Notes: a model not told the origin generated them from the sequence alone. A DNA stretch of 64,000 nucleotides from Synechococcus sp. (GCA_047285805.1 JBJBCN010000002.1:896001-960000); one strand, 5' to 3'; shown: positions 32,674 through 42,581, numbered from the stretch's first letter. Program-made: numbers and translations.

Positions 32674-32856
32674 ATGGGGCCCGACAGCATCAGCCAACAG
32701 CCAAGCAAGGACGCCAAGCAGCGCTCAGCCTCCAGCACCAGCCTGAAGTGGGGCAGCGATGGCGAGCTCTCCGCGGTGGATCTACAGAAGGTTCTCGAGC
32801 GGCTGACCAATCCCGATCTCATCCAGTGCGAACTGGATGAAGACAGGAAGGTCTGA
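32674..32856 (+). CDS. Small conserved hypothetical protein
   Basis: SLKWGSDGELSAVDLQKVLERL motif; start uncertain. Confidence 0.6.
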   Translation: MGPDSISQQPSKDAKQRSASSTSLKWGSDGELSAVDLQKVLERLTNPDLIQCELDEDRKV

Positions 32857-32908
32857 GCACAGCCCTGTTGTGTCCTGCGCGACAGGCACAACTCGACAAA
32901 ATGCACGG

Positions 32909-33613
32909 ATGATCAACGTCACCGCTGCCATCAACACAGCGCGCCTGTTGGTGGTCGAAGACGACGACACCATCCGTGAGACGGTCTGCGAAGAGCTGGA
33001 GCTCGAAGGCTTCAGCGTCACCCCCGCAACCAACGGCCAGAGCGCCTGGGATCGTCTAAAGAAAGAACCCTTTGAGCTGATCGTTCTCGATGTGATGCTC
33101 CCGGGCATCAACGGCCTCGATCTCTGCCGCAAATTGATCGAACTGCCGCAGCGGCCCCTCGTGCTGATGGTCAGCGCCCGGGACACCGAAACCGATCGCG
33201 TGCTCGGGCTCGAGCTGGGGGCCGATGACTACCTGGTCAAACCCTTCGGCATCCGCGAACTAGTGGCCCGCTGCCGCGCCCTCCTCCGGCGCCATCAACC
33301 CAGCGACCAACAGGCGAGCGAACTGAAGACGGAGAACCTGAGCCTGTTCCCGGCGGAATGCCGTGTGTGCCTGGACGGGCTCGAGCTCAAGCTCTCCCCC
33401 AAGGAGTTCAAGTTGCTCGAGCTCTTCATGCAGCACCCCAAACGGGTGTGGAGCCGCGAGCAATTGATTGAGCAGGTCTGGGGGTTCCACTACATCGGCG
33501 ACAACAAAACAGTGGACGTCCACATCCGTTGGTTGCGCGAAAAGATCGAAGAGGACCCCTCCAGACCCACAAAGCTCGTGACGGTGCGGGGCTTTGGCTA
33601 TCGCTTCGGATAG
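32909..33613 (+). CDS. phoB: Phosphate regulon response regulator (OmpR family)
   Basis: VVEDD, LDVMLP, GADDYLVKPF, TVDVHIRWLREKIE and VRGFGYRFG motifs; pst context. Confidence 0.9.
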   Translation: MINVTAAINTARLLVVEDDDTIRETVCEELELEGFSVTPATNGQSAWDRLKKEPFELIVLDVMLPGINGLDLCRKLIELPQRPLVLMVSARDTETDRVLGLELGADDYLVKPFGIRELVARCRALLRRHQPSDQQASELKTENLSLFPAECRVCLDGLELKLSPKEFKLLELFMQHPKRVWSREQLIEQVWGFHYIGDNKTVDVHIRWLREKIEEDPSRPTKLVTVRGFGYRFG

Positions 33614-33616
33614 GCG

Positions 33617-34756
33617 ATGACAGCGGAACCAACCGTGCAGCTGGTCCTTGGTTTTGGCCTCGGTGCCCTCAGCGCTGGACTTTGGCGGCGCGGGACACGC
33701 AAGCGCGCAATCGTGCCGACGGAGCTGCGACGCCGGCAACCAATTCCTGATCTGCAATTACGCGAATGGATCAACGCAGCCCCCCAGGGCTGGCTGGTGC
33801 TCGATGGCGCGAACCGGATCGAGATCATGAATGAGCGGGCTGAATCACTCCTGGCGCGGGGAGGTTCTTTGGCGCGACAGTTTTGGCACCTCGACGATCT
33901 CGAGCCCAGTGCTGAGCTCTTGCACCTGCTGGAGCTGTGCCGCAACACCGGTCTGGCCCAACGCGGCGAATGGAGCATTGGCCGCAACGATCTCTCCGTC
34001 CGGGTCATGCCCGGGGAACGGAGCTGGCTGGCGCTGCAGATCGAAGGCAGCAACCCGCTGAAGCTGCAACTCCAGAGACAGGAAGAGTGGGTCAGCGATG
34101 TGGCCCATGAGCTCAAGACACCGATCACCGCACTGCGGCTGGTCAGCGAAAGCCTCTCTCTCAAGGCCGAAGGTCGCCAAGCGGTGCTTGTGGAGCGCCT
34201 GGAGAAAGAGCTTGAACGACTGCAGAAATTGGTGGGCGACCTGCTGGACCTCTCCAGATTGGACAACGCCCTCGCCAGCCGCAGCCGGCTACCGGCAGCC
34301 CTCGACCCCAGGGACGTCATTGGCCAGGCCTGGTCCACCCTGCAGGAACTGGCGATCCCGCGGAACATCGACCTCAGGGTCGAGCCCAGGCGCGATCAGG
34401 CCAGACAGGTCAGCGTTGAACCGGCACGGCTGCACCAGGCAATCTTCAACCTGATCGACAACGCCCTGCGCTACAGCCCCGACGGAAGAAGCATTGACCT
34501 GAGCATCGAAGAACGGGACCGCTGGTGCCTGATCGCCGTTCGTGACCACGGACCGGGTTTCAGCGAGATCGATCTCGATCGCCTGTTCGAGCGTTTTTAC
34601 CGGGGGGACCCCGCCCGGGCCCGGGGCCCCAGGAATGGCAGCGGTCTGGGCCTCGCAATCGTGCGACAGATCGCCCTCAGCCAAGGGGGCCTGGTGCGGG
34701 CCCGCAACCATCCAGGGGGAGGAGCCGTCGTGGAATTGCTCCTCCCAAGGGCCTGA
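33617..34756 (+). CDS. phoR: Phosphate sensor histidine kinase
   Basis: SDVAHELKTP H-box; NLIDNALRY, DHGPG, FERFYRGD and GSGLGL motifs. Confidence 0.88.
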   Translation: MTAEPTVQLVLGFGLGALSAGLWRRGTRKRAIVPTELRRRQPIPDLQLREWINAAPQGWLVLDGANRIEIMNERAESLLARGGSLARQFWHLDDLEPSAELLHLLELCRNTGLAQRGEWSIGRNDLSVRVMPGERSWLALQIEGSNPLKLQLQRQEEWVSDVAHELKTPITALRLVSESLSLKAEGRQAVLVERLEKELERLQKLVGDLLDLSRLDNALASRSRLPAALDPRDVIGQAWSTLQELAIPRNIDLRVEPRRDQARQVSVEPARLHQAIFNLIDNALRYSPDGRSIDLSIEERDRWCLIAVRDHGPGFSEIDLDRLFERFYRGDPARARGPRNGSGLGLAIVRQIALSQGGLVRARNHPGGGAVVELLLPRA

Positions 34757-34759
34757 CGA

Positions 34760-34828
34760 TCAGGCGGCTTCTCTGAGGGGCAGGTTCGGGTTGAAATAAA
34801 GCGAGCGATTCGACCTAGAAGTCGACAT
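34760..34828 (-). pseudogene. Probable 5' stub of pstA
   Basis: GGAGG RBS and ATG 11 nt after the pstC stop; reads MSTSRSNRSLYFNPNLPLREAA*; identity inferred from operon position. Confidence 0.45.
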
Positions 34829-34839
34829 GGTTCTTCCTC

Positions 34840-35766
34840 CTAGGCGTACTTCAAACTGAGCCGACGCACAATCCACTGCGCCAACACGTTGACGATCAGC
34901 GTCATGATCATCAAGACAAAAGCGGCATACATCAGCGCGGAGATCTGAATACCGTCGGCTTCACCAAACTGGTTGGCCAGCATGGCTGAGATGGTGTTCG
35001 CAGGAGCCAAGAGACTCAAGCTGAAATTATTAGAATTACCGATGATCATGGTGACAGCCATGGTTTCCCCCATCGCCCGGCCCAAGGCCAACATCACACC
35101 GCCAGTAATACCCGAGACAGCAGCGGGCAAGATCACCTGAATGATGGCCTGCCAACGGGTCGTGCCGACGCCGTAGGCCGCTTGGCGGAGTTCATTCGGC
35201 ACTTGCTGCAGTGAATCCCTGGCAATCGCGGTGATTATGGGCAAGATCATCACCACAAGGATCAACACAGCAGGAGCCATCCCAGGTCCCAAGGGCTCCG
35301 TCGAGAAGAAGGGCATCCAGCCCAATCGGTCGTGCAAGACCTGAAGAATGGGCCGAAGGAACGGCTCCATCACAAAAATGGCCCAGAGGCCGAGCACAAC
35401 CGATGGAATCGCTGCGAGCAGCTCGACCATCAAGCCGATCACCTGCCGGTAGCCGGAAGGAATCAAGTTCTCGGTAATAAATATGGCCGTTCCAACACCC
35501 AACGGCACCGCAATCAGGATGGCCAACACGGACGACACCAACGTGCCGTAAATCGCCGTGAGTGCGCCATAGCTATTGAGGCCAGGATCCCAATCGGAGA
35601 CAACCAAAAAGGACAGACCGAATTCGGCCATCGCCTCCCTTGATCCCCACAGAACGGTGATCAAGATCCCAACCAGTACCAAGCCCACGATCGAGGCCAA
35701 ACCGACAACAAGTCGCCTGAACCCCTCATCAACCAACTTCTCGGAAGTAGGCCGCTGTCGCAGCAT
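34840..35766 (-). CDS. pstC: Phosphate ABC transporter permease PstC
   Basis: ELLAAIPSVVLGLW, LGRAMGETMAV and ANQFGEA motifs; start uncertain (35766-35850). Confidence 0.93.
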   Translation of the reverse strand: MLRQRPTSEKLVDEGFRRLVVGLASIVGLVLVGILITVLWGSREAMAEFGLSFLVVSDWDPGLNSYGALTAIYGTLVSSVLAILIAVPLGVGTAIFITENLIPSGYRQVIGLMVELLAAIPSVVLGLWAIFVMEPFLRPILQVLHDRLGWMPFFSTEPLGPGMAPAVLILVVMILPIITAIARDSLQQVPNELRQAAYGVGTTRWQAIIQVILPAAVSGITGGVMLALGRAMGETMAVTMIIGNSNNFSLSLLAPANTISAMLANQFGEADGIQISALMYAAFVLMIMTLIVNVLAQWIVRRLSLKYA

Positions 35767-35865
35767 GTAAACCGGAGGAGCCCCCTGCTCACAAGAGGGA
35801 GGCACGTTCTGATCCACAACGAGAAAGTCACTTCGTACAAGCTGACACAAATAGATTTGGATCTC

Positions 35866-35884
35866 CTTAAGAAGCGCTTAACAA
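35866..35884. promoter_or_regulatory. Pho-box-like pair upstream of pstC
   Basis: CTTAAGAAGCG-CTTAACAA with an 11 bp period. Confidence 0.5.
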
Positions 35885-36156
35885 GCAGGAGTTATCTCGA
35901 GTCCCATAGGGGCAAAATACACTTCTCCTCGGAACGTATCAATGAATACGACGCAATCAGTCTTTAGGTAATAAATTCAAGACTTAGTTGCAACCGTTCA
36001 TTGCTCATCAACACCCAATTTGGATCCATCAGCTTTGTGCCTGGGTGCGGTTGGGTCAACGCGTCTAACCAGAGCAATCAGTCCGAAAAGCGCACAAAGC
36101 GCATACCCGAAAAGGCGGATCAGTTGTCAGAAGCAGAAAAAAATAAATTCTCAGAG

Positions 36157-36187
36157 AAAAGCCACCCTTTTGAAAGGTGGCTTTTTT
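36157..36187. terminator. Bidirectional terminator-like hairpin
   Basis: AAAA-GCCACC-N9-GGTGGC-TTTTTT. Confidence 0.75.
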
Positions 36188-36209
36188 GTGGCTCGACTCA
36201 GCTCCCAAG

Positions 36210-36237
36210 AAAAAAGGGCAGGGGATCAACCCTGCCC
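36210..36237 (-). terminator. Terminator of pstS
   Basis: Minus strand GGGCAGGG-N6-CCCTGCCC-TTTTTT. Confidence 0.85.
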
Positions 36238-36260
36238 GAACAATCAGTCATGCCGAAGGA

Positions 36261-37241
36261 TCACTTGCCGATCTTGTTCACAGCAGCGCGGGCTTTCGAG
36301 AGGATCGCGCCCTTGAGGGGAACGAAACCGAGGTCGTCAGCCTTCGCCTGAGCCTGGTCGCTCAGCATGTAGTTGAAGGTCTTCTTGATGGTGTCGGCAT
36401 TGGCACCATTGCCCTTGGCGTAGGCCAGGGCCCAAGTCAGGGTTGCGATGGGATACGCACCCTTCGCACTGGGGTTGGGGTTCGAGCCAGCCAGGTTCTG
36501 ATCGAGCTTGATGCCGTTCAGAGCTTTCGCACCGGAGGTGTAGCTGGGCTTGATGAACTCACCCGACTTGTTCTGCAAAGCAGCAGCCTTGACAGCACCA
36601 CGGATGTAGGACTGGTTGACGTAACCAATGGCGCCTTGCTTGTTGGCGATCACGCCAGCGACGCCGGAGTTGCCCTTGGCACCCACGGCGTTCGCACCAG
36701 GCCACTTCACGGACTTACCAGCGCCGAGCTTCCACTCAGGGGAGAAAGCGGAGAGGGAGTTTGTGAAGGCCTTGGTGGTTCCGGAGCCATCCGAGCGGTG
36801 CACCCAAGTGATGGCGCCAGCGGAGCAGCCCAGGTCCTTCCAGTTGGTGATCTTGCCGATCGCCACTTGGACGGCTTGCTTCTGGGTCAGCTTGAGGTCA
36901 CAGCCGGGCTTGTTGTAACCGAAGGCGATGGTGCCGCCCACCATGGGGATCTGCACCAGACCACGGGTCACCTTTGCGATGTCCTTGGCCTTCATCGGAT
37001 CGTCAGAGGCCGCGAAGTGCACGGTCTGGTCGATAAATGCCTTACGGCCGGAGCCGGAGCCAACGGCCTGGTAGTTGACCTGGGGGCCACCAGCCTTCGC
37101 CAGGTCAGCGAACCATCGCTGATAGATCTTGGCGGGGAAGGTTGCGCCAGCAGCACTGAGGCGGTCTGCGGCGGAGGCGGACATGCCGGTGCCGACGGCC
37201 AGCAGGGAGCCGATCAGAAAGGCCTTCTTCGCGAAGGTCAT
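36261..37241 (-). CDS. pstS: Phosphate ABC transporter substrate-binding protein
   Basis: AGATFPA, NYQAVGSGSG, HRSDGSGTT, KGNSGV and AYPIATLTW motifs. Confidence 0.95.
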   Translation of the reverse strand: MTFAKKAFLIGSLLAVGTGMSASAADRLSAAGATFPAKIYQRWFADLAKAGGPQVNYQAVGSGSGRKAFIDQTVHFAASDDPMKAKDIAKVTRGLVQIPMVGGTIAFGYNKPGCDLKLTQKQAVQVAIGKITNWKDLGCSAGAITWVHRSDGSGTTKAFTNSLSAFSPEWKLGAGKSVKWPGANAVGAKGNSGVAGVIANKQGAIGYVNQSYIRGAVKAAALQNKSGEFIKPSYTSGAKALNGIKLDQNLAGSNPNPSAKGAYPIATLTWALAYAKGNGANADTIKKTFNYMLSDQAQAKADDLGFVPLKGAILSKARAAVNKIGK

Positions 37242-37290
37242 GGATAAAACCTTGTGGTTCCTTGCCATCAACGCAACACACGATCCGGCC

Positions 37291-37310
37291 CGCGTTAGGA
37301 GGGGGTTAAG
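37291..37310 (-). promoter_or_regulatory. Pho box upstream of pstS
   Basis: Minus strand CTTAACCCCCT-CCTAACGCG with an 11 bp period. Confidence 0.6.
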
Positions 37311-37331
37311 GCTGCATGAACATTGCGTGAA

Positions 37332-37643
37332 TCAGCAGCAGGACTGGGCTTTCGATGGCTCAGTTGTCTGCAAACGCTGAAGCCAATCGCCCAACTCTGC
37401 GATCGCCTCTGGCCGCAGGCGGTAGTAGATCCAGCGTCCTTGCACGCGGGAGTCCAGCAGGCCCGCCTCCCGCATCACCTTGAGGTGGAAGGAGAGTTTG
37501 GACTGTGCCACCCCCATCTGCTCGGTGAGCTCACAGACGCAGCGCTCTCCAGCCGCCAGGGCCAGAACCACATCCAGGCGCCGGGGGTCCGCCAAGGCCT
37601 TGAACAAGGGGCAGAGCTCCTGAGCAGTCGTGACTGGGGTCAT
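37332..37643 (-). CDS. arsR: ArsR-family metalloregulator
   Basis: FKALADPRRL, ERCVCEL and SKLSFHLKV motifs; terminal CC. Confidence 0.9.
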   Translation of the reverse strand: MTPVTTAQELCPLFKALADPRRLDVVLALAAGERCVCELTEQMGVAQSKLSFHLKVMREAGLLDSRVQGRWIYYRLRPEAIAELGDWLQRLQTTEPSKAQSCC

Positions 37644-37656
37644 GGCTCGGGCTGCG

Positions 37657-37675
37657 CCTAACCGGACCTTAACCA
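37657..37675 (+). promoter_or_regulatory. Pho box upstream of gap-arsJ
   Basis: CCTAACC at 37657 and CTTAACC at 37668, 11 bp period. Confidence 0.6.
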
Positions 37676-37709
37676 ATCAAGAAACCTTGATGCATCAAGA
37701 TTGATTGAT
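37676..37709. promoter_or_regulatory. Tandem ArsR operators
   Basis: Two ATCAA-N6-TTGAT palindromes (37676-37691 and 37694-37709), the motif known from the Synechocystis arsBHC promoter. Confidence 0.8.
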
Positions 37710-37725
37710 TGATTTGGTGCAGCGC

Positions 37726-38730
37726 ATGCGGATTGGCATCAACGGCTTCGGGCGGATCGGACGGCTGGTCTGCCGCGCCCTATGGGGACGACCCGGCATC
37801 GAGATCGTTCTGATCAACGACAACCAGGCCACCGCGGAATCCGCTGCGCACCTTCTCTGCTTCGATTCCGTCCATGGACGCTGGGATCGTCAGGCGGAAG
37901 CGACCAGCGAATCCGAACTGCTGATCGACGGGCAACGCCTGGGCTTCAGCCGCTGCGCCGCCCCCGCCGAGGTGGCCTGGGCGGCCGCCGGGGTTGAGAT
38001 GGTGCTCGAGTGCAGTGGGCGCTTCAAGACCACAGAGACCCTCGAGCCTTACTTCAGCCAGGCTGGGATCAAGCGTGTGGTGGTGGGCTGCCCGGTCAAG
38101 GGAGCCCTGAACGTCGTCTACGGGATCAACCACGCTCTGTTTGACCCAAGCGAACACCGGCTACTGACGGCGGCGTCCTGTACCACCAACTGCCTGGCTC
38201 CGATCGTGAAGGTCGTCCACGAGCAGTTCGGCATTCGGCACGGCTCGATCACGACCCTGCACGACGTCACCAACACCCAGGTCGTCGTTGATGCCTTCAA
38301 GAGCGACCTGCGGCGCTCACGCTCCTGCCTGCAATCGCTGATCCCGACAACGACCGGTTCAGCCAAGGCGATCGCGATGATCTTCCCGGAACTCGAGGGC
38401 AAGCTCAACGGCCATGCCGTTCGCATTCCCCTGCTGAACGCCTCCTTGACCGACGCGGTCTTTGAGCTGGAGCGACCCACCAGCAGCGAAGCGGTCAATC
38501 AGGCCTTCCAAGAGGCCTCCCAAGGGGCGCTCCAAGGCATCCTCGGCTACGAGACCAGACCTCTGGTATCGGTGGATTATGTCAACGACAACCGCAGTGT
38601 GGTGGTCGATGCCCTCTCGACGATGGTGGTGGATGGCACCCAGCTCAAGGTCTACGGCTGGTACGACAACGAGTGGGGTTACAGCTGCCGGATGGCCGAT
38701 CTGGTCTGCCACGTGATCGAGCAGGGATGA
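37726..38730 (+). CDS. gap: ArsJ-associated glyceraldehyde-3-phosphate dehydrogenase
   Basis: [20 protein letters not shown] and WYDNEWGY motifs; stop overlaps the arsJ start. Confidence 0.93.
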   Translation: MRIGINGFGRIGRLVCRALWGRPGIEIVLINDNQATAESAAHLLCFDSVHGRWDRQAEATSESELLIDGQRLGFSRCAAPAEVAWAAAGVEMVLECSGRFKTTETLEPYFSQAGIKRVVVGCPVKGALNVVYGINHALFDPSEHRLLTAASCTTNCLAPIVKVVHEQFGIRHGSITTLHDVTNTQVVVDAFKSDLRRSRSCLQSLIPTTTGSAKAIAMIFPELEGKLNGHAVRIPLLNASLTDAVFELERPTSSEAVNQAFQEASQGALQGILGYETRPLVSVDYVNDNRSVVVDALSTMVVDGTQLKVYGWYDNEWGYSCRMADLVCHVIEQG

Positions 38731-39956
38731 GCAACCTCACCGCCCTTGAGCAGTACCAGCGGGTCACCGCGAACTACTGGGCCTTCACTCTGACCGATGG
38801 GGCCCTGAGGATGCTGGTGGTCTTCCACTTCCACCAGCTGGGTTACACCAGCTTGGAGATCGCCTTTCTCTTTCTCTTCTACGAATTCTTCGGAATCCTC
38901 ACGAACCTCTACGGCGGCTGGCTCGGGGCTCGTTTTGGCCTGCGCCTGACCCTCTGGCTGGGCACCTGGCTGCAGATCGGCGCCCTGCTGATGCTGATTC
39001 CCGTGGCGGATTCCTGGCCGAAGTGGTGGAGCGTCGCCTACGTGATGGCAGCCCAGGCCCTTAGCGGAATCGCCAAGGACCTCAACAAGATGAGCGCCAA
39101 AAGTGCGATCAAGACCGTCGTCAAGGGCAACGACGGCGATCAGCAACTCTTCCGCTGGGTCGCGATCTTGACCGGCTCGAAGAACGCCCTCAAAGGTGTC
39201 GGCTTCTTCCTCGGTGGCGTCCTGTTGACGGCCCTGGGCTTCAACGCCTCGGTGGGCGTGATGGCCGCGGGATTAATCCTGGCGTTCCTCGTCACCCTGG
39301 GACTGCCCGCGGACATGGGGCAGATGAAACGCAAGCCCAAGTTCCAGTCCCTGCTCTCCAAACGCGAAGGCATCAACGTCCTCTCCCTGGCCCGGCTGTT
39401 CCTGTTTGGTGCCCGGGATGTCTGGTTCGTGGTCGCCCTGCCGGTCTTCCTCGAAACGACCTTGGGCTGGCGCTTCTGGGAAGTGGGCAGCTTCATGGGG
39501 CTCTGGGTGATCGGCTACGGAATCATCCAGGGGTCCGCACCGGCCCTGCGCCGCAGCTGGGGGCAGACCAGCAGCCCGGGCATCAGCGCCGTTCAGTTTT
39601 GGAGCGCAATCCTCACCGCCATTCCGGCGTTGATTGCCATCGCCCTCTGGCGGCAGGTGGCGGATCCAGGGCTGGCGATCGTCGCTGGACTCGCCGCCTT
39701 TGGCATGGTCTTTGCCATGAATTCATCGATCCACAGCTACATGGTTCTGGCCTACTCCGACAGCGAGTCGGTGAGCCTCGATGTCGGCTTCTATTACATG
39801 GCGAATGCCGCAGGACGCTTGCTCGGAACGCTGCTCTCCGGGGCGGTCTTCCTGATCGGCGGGCTTCAGGCCTGCCTCTGGTGCTCCTCGGCGATGGTCG
39901 CTCTGGCCTGGCTCTTCAGCCTGCGCTTGCCGCCGCCGCACGCGGTTCAACGCTGA
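38727..39956 (+). CDS. arsJ: Organoarsenical (1-arseno-3-phosphoglycerate) efflux MFS transporter
   Basis: [33 protein letters not shown] and [13 protein letters not shown] motifs. Confidence 0.92.
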   Translation: MSNLTALEQYQRVTANYWAFTLTDGALRMLVVFHFHQLGYTSLEIAFLFLFYEFFGILTNLYGGWLGARFGLRLTLWLGTWLQIGALLMLIPVADSWPKWWSVAYVMAAQALSGIAKDLNKMSAKSAIKTVVKGNDGDQQLFRWVAILTGSKNALKGVGFFLGGVLLTALGFNASVGVMAAGLILAFLVTLGLPADMGQMKRKPKFQSLLSKREGINVLSLARLFLFGARDVWFVVALPVFLETTLGWRFWEVGSFMGLWVIGYGIIQGSAPALRRSWGQTSSPGISAVQFWSAILTAIPALIAIALWRQVADPGLAIVAGLAAFGMVFAMNSSIHSYMVLAYSDSESVSLDVGFYYMANAAGRLLGTLLSGAVFLIGGLQACLWCSSAMVALAWLFSLRLPPPHAVQR

Positions 39957-40279
39957 AAGAGGGTTCGAATTCTGGGGCTGCGCTCCTGGCAGAGCATCGG
40001 CGAGTAATAGCGAACCGCCGCGGTTTCCACCTCATCGGGGCCGATGCCTGCAAAGGAAATGCCCTCCCGCTCAAAGTCCTCCGCCAAGCGCTGCTGCTGG
40101 CTCAGCAGCAGCGCCGGTTGGTCAAAGGACTCGCAGAGCAGCTGGGCGTAGAGGCGGGCAGCACAACCGGTGTGACCGAAGCGCCGAACGCAAAGGGCGA
40201 CGGGCTCTTGGGCCTGCGCGTTTGCCCCGGCCAAAAGCATCAGCACGACCCACGCAGCGGAGAACAGGCGGAGCCGCAT
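39947..40279 (-). CDS. Hypothetical secreted protein (4 Cys)
   Basis: Signal peptide ending AQA. Confidence 0.65.
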   Translation of the reverse strand: MRLRLFSAAWVVLMLLAGANAQAQEPVALCVRRFGHTGCAARLYAQLLCESFDQPALLLSQQQRLAEDFEREGISFAGIGPDEVETAAVRYYSPMLCQERSPRIRTLFQR

Positions 40280-40815
40280 TAACGCAGCTGCTTCGTTGAG
40301 CAGGCCAAAAAGCCCTTGAGCTCTGCCGCATTGAGGCTGGGAGGCTGCGCTTGGCTCAAGAGGGCCGGGTGAATCGTGCGCAGCTGATCGGCAAGCTGGT
40401 CGCGTTCGATAGTGGCCGCGTTCTGCCGCTGCCGCTGGGCGTCCCGCCAGACCAAACGACGCTTGGTTTCGCTGCGCCGCCAGTCAGCCGCGGCCTGCTC
40501 GTACTGCTCCTGCTCGGTCTGCTGGTCGTAAATCGTCAGCAGGCGCTGCTCCTCAGGATCCAGGGGAAGCGGCGCCAAGGCAGGGGTAAAGGACTCCTCC
40601 TCAATGGACTTGAGGCGCGACTCAACCGCGCGATAGCCCTCCACCAGGGGCGGCAGGCTCTCGCGGTAGCGGCGGCACTGCACCAGGGCTTGGCGCTTTG
40701 CCTCGATGTCCTGCTTCTGCTGGCGACTCGAACAACTCGCCAGGAGCAACAGCGCCAGCACCACGGCCCCAAGCCGAGGAAGAGCCATCCCATCCATCCG
40801 GGAGAGTTCGCCCAT
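40279..40815 (-). CDS. Hypothetical lipoprotein
   Basis: Lipobox LLASC; coiled-coil body; start uncertain. Confidence 0.65.
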   Translation of the reverse strand: MGELSRMDGMALPRLGAVVLALLLLASCSSRQQKQDIEAKRQALVQCRRYRESLPPLVEGYRAVESRLKSIEEESFTPALAPLPLDPEEQRLLTIYDQQTEQEQYEQAAADWRRSETKRRLVWRDAQRQRQNAATIERDQLADQLRTIHPALLSQAQPPSLNAAELKGFLACSTKQLR

Positions 40816-40906
40816 GCTCGCAGTCTTTTCGCGGCATCGACCCCATTTGGGGGTATCGAAGCAACCACGGCCAGATCTAGCTCTACTACGCAGCAAAGAC
40901 GAGCTA

Positions 40907-41125
40907 TTGGACAGCATCTACGCCCACATCGCGCAGGACCGCAGCGAGCTGGAACAGGCCCGCAGCGCGGGCGACAAACCCAAGGCCAATCACCTGGAAG
41001 CCGAGCTGAAGTACCTCGAGGCCTACAAGGCCCACCATCCCGAAGAGAGCAAGGACCCCACTCCCATGGAGGTCTACTGCGATCTGAATCCCGACGCTCC
41101 GGGCTGCCTTGTCTACGACGACTAG
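40907..41125 (+). CDS. cp12: CP12-family protein (picocyanobacterial type)
   Basis: C-terminus DPTPMEVYCDLNPDAPGCLVYDD; no N-terminal Cys pair; probable TTG start at 40907. Confidence 0.88.
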   Translation: MDSIYAHIAQDRSELEQARSAGDKPKANHLEAELKYLEAYKAHHPEESKDPTPMEVYCDLNPDAPGCLVYDD

Positions 41126-41129
41126 TCCA

Positions 41130-41363
41130 ATGACCGCCCCCCAAACCCCGAGCATCACCATTGGTGAGTTAGAGGCGAACTATCAGCTGTACTGCAAGGC
41201 ACTCAAGATGCTGATCGCAGAACAGCGCACCCTCAACAAAATCAAAAAGACGGTGTGCTGGGGGAAATTAGACACCCTCCATCGCTGCCTCCCCAGGCAG
41301 TACAAATCACCGGATTATCTCTACGCCCAACTGGTCAAAGCCAATTCCAAAACTGCTGAGTAA
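41130..41363 (+). CDS. DUF3136-family protein
   Basis: ITIGELEANYQLYCKALK...TVCW...LHRCLPRQYKSP motifs. Confidence 0.8.
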   Translation: MTAPQTPSITIGELEANYQLYCKALKMLIAEQRTLNKIKKTVCWGKLDTLHRCLPRQYKSPDYLYAQLVKANSKTAE

Positions 41364-41560
41364 TCCATCGCTCTTGCCGGACAGTTCGTCGACAAGAGAC
41401 CAACTAAGCCCGCATATGTATCCAATCGTGTGCGGGCTTAGTCTTGAGCCCATTCTTTTAAACGAAATACGTCGATTCAAGGCAAAGACTCCGCCGCGGC
41501 AGGCGCCAACCCATGATGGATAGAGCCCCGATGGGGCAACCCTGCGCTCAGGAGTGAGCG

Positions 41561-42247
41561 ATGGATCTCACCCCCTATCTCCAGACGCTCCAGGGAAGCA
41601 ACCTTGACGAGGTGCTCCTCTCCGTTGCCGTCAGCGGCAAGGTGGCCCTCGCAATGAAAGGGCGCTTCTTCCTGCGTTGCCTCTGCGAGAACTTCCGCGA
41701 GACCGAGCTGATTGGCTGCGCCGTCACCGACGAAAAGAGCTGCCTGGGCTATCTCGCCAAAGAGCCCTATGAGCTGCTGATCTGCACCGACTTTCTCGAG
41801 AGCGGCAGTGGCTTTGACCTCGCCAAGAAAGCGAAAGCGCTGCAGCCCCAGCTGAAGGTTGTGATGCTCTCCCTGGGGGATGCCATTCCGGTGGAACACT
41901 GCGAAGCACCCTGGCTGGAGGCGGTGGTGGCCGAGGCGGACTTCATCGAAGACCAAAAACCCCTTGAGGCCGCCGTCCTGGCCGTCATGGGAAATCACTC
42001 CTACCGGAGCCCCTCGCTGCGGTCCGGACAGCTGCCCTACCTGAGCTGCCCCCGGCTGACCCCAAGGGAGTACGAAGTGCTCGACCTGCTCGCCAGCGGG
42101 CTGACGGACCGGGAAATCGCCGAACAGCTGGTCGTCAGTGAAGAAACCGCGCGCACCTACACCAAACGTCTGCTGAAGACGCTGGAGGTCAACAACAGGG
42201 TCCAAGCCGTCCTCAAGGGAATGCGTTGCGGGATGGTGAAACTCTGA
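41561..42247 (+). CDS. LuxR/NarL-family regulator with atypical receiver domain
   Basis: C-terminal HTH LTPREYEVLDLLASGLTDREIAEQL. Confidence 0.88.
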   Translation: MDLTPYLQTLQGSNLDEVLLSVAVSGKVALAMKGRFFLRCLCENFRETELIGCAVTDEKSCLGYLAKEPYELLICTDFLESGSGFDLAKKAKALQPQLKVVMLSLGDAIPVEHCEAPWLEAVVAEADFIEDQKPLEAAVLAVMGNHSYRSPSLRSGQLPYLSCPRLTPREYEVLDLLASGLTDREIAEQLVVSEETARTYTKRLLKTLEVNNRVQAVLKGMRCGMVKL

Positions 42248-42289
42248 GCCAAGGCGTGGCTAGAAACGAGATATCTGCCCCCGCCTGCC

Positions 42290-42574
42290 ATGGCCAGCCA
42301 CACCATCAAGCTTGAAGCGGGTGGTTCCTTTCCATGCAGCAGCGAGCAGTACATCCTGGATGCGGCCGAAGCCGCCGGACTGGAACTTCCCTTCTCCTGC
42401 CGGGCGGGGGCCTGCAGCAGCTGCGCCGCAAAAGTGCTGCAGGGCCGCGTGGACCAGGCCGACCAGAGCTTTCTCGATGAAGCACAAATCGAGCAGGGCT
42501 ACGCCTTGCTTTGCGTCAGCTATCCCCGCAGCGACTGCCTGATCAGACCCGACGTAGCCGCCGAGCTGAATTAA
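42290..42574 (+). CDS. Plant-type [2Fe-2S] ferredoxin
   Basis: [20 protein letters not shown] and LLCVSYP motifs. Confidence 0.95.
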   Translation: MASHTIKLEAGGSFPCSSEQYILDAAEAAGLELPFSCRAGACSSCAAKVLQGRVDQADQSFLDEAQIEQGYALLCVSYPRSDCLIRPDVAAELN

Positions 42575-42581
42575 GCCCAAG

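Noticed and set aside
40706..40906. N-terminal extension on CP12 (139 aa ORF call)
   Set aside because: It overlaps the divergent lipoprotein gene, and CP12 similarity begins at the TTG at 40907
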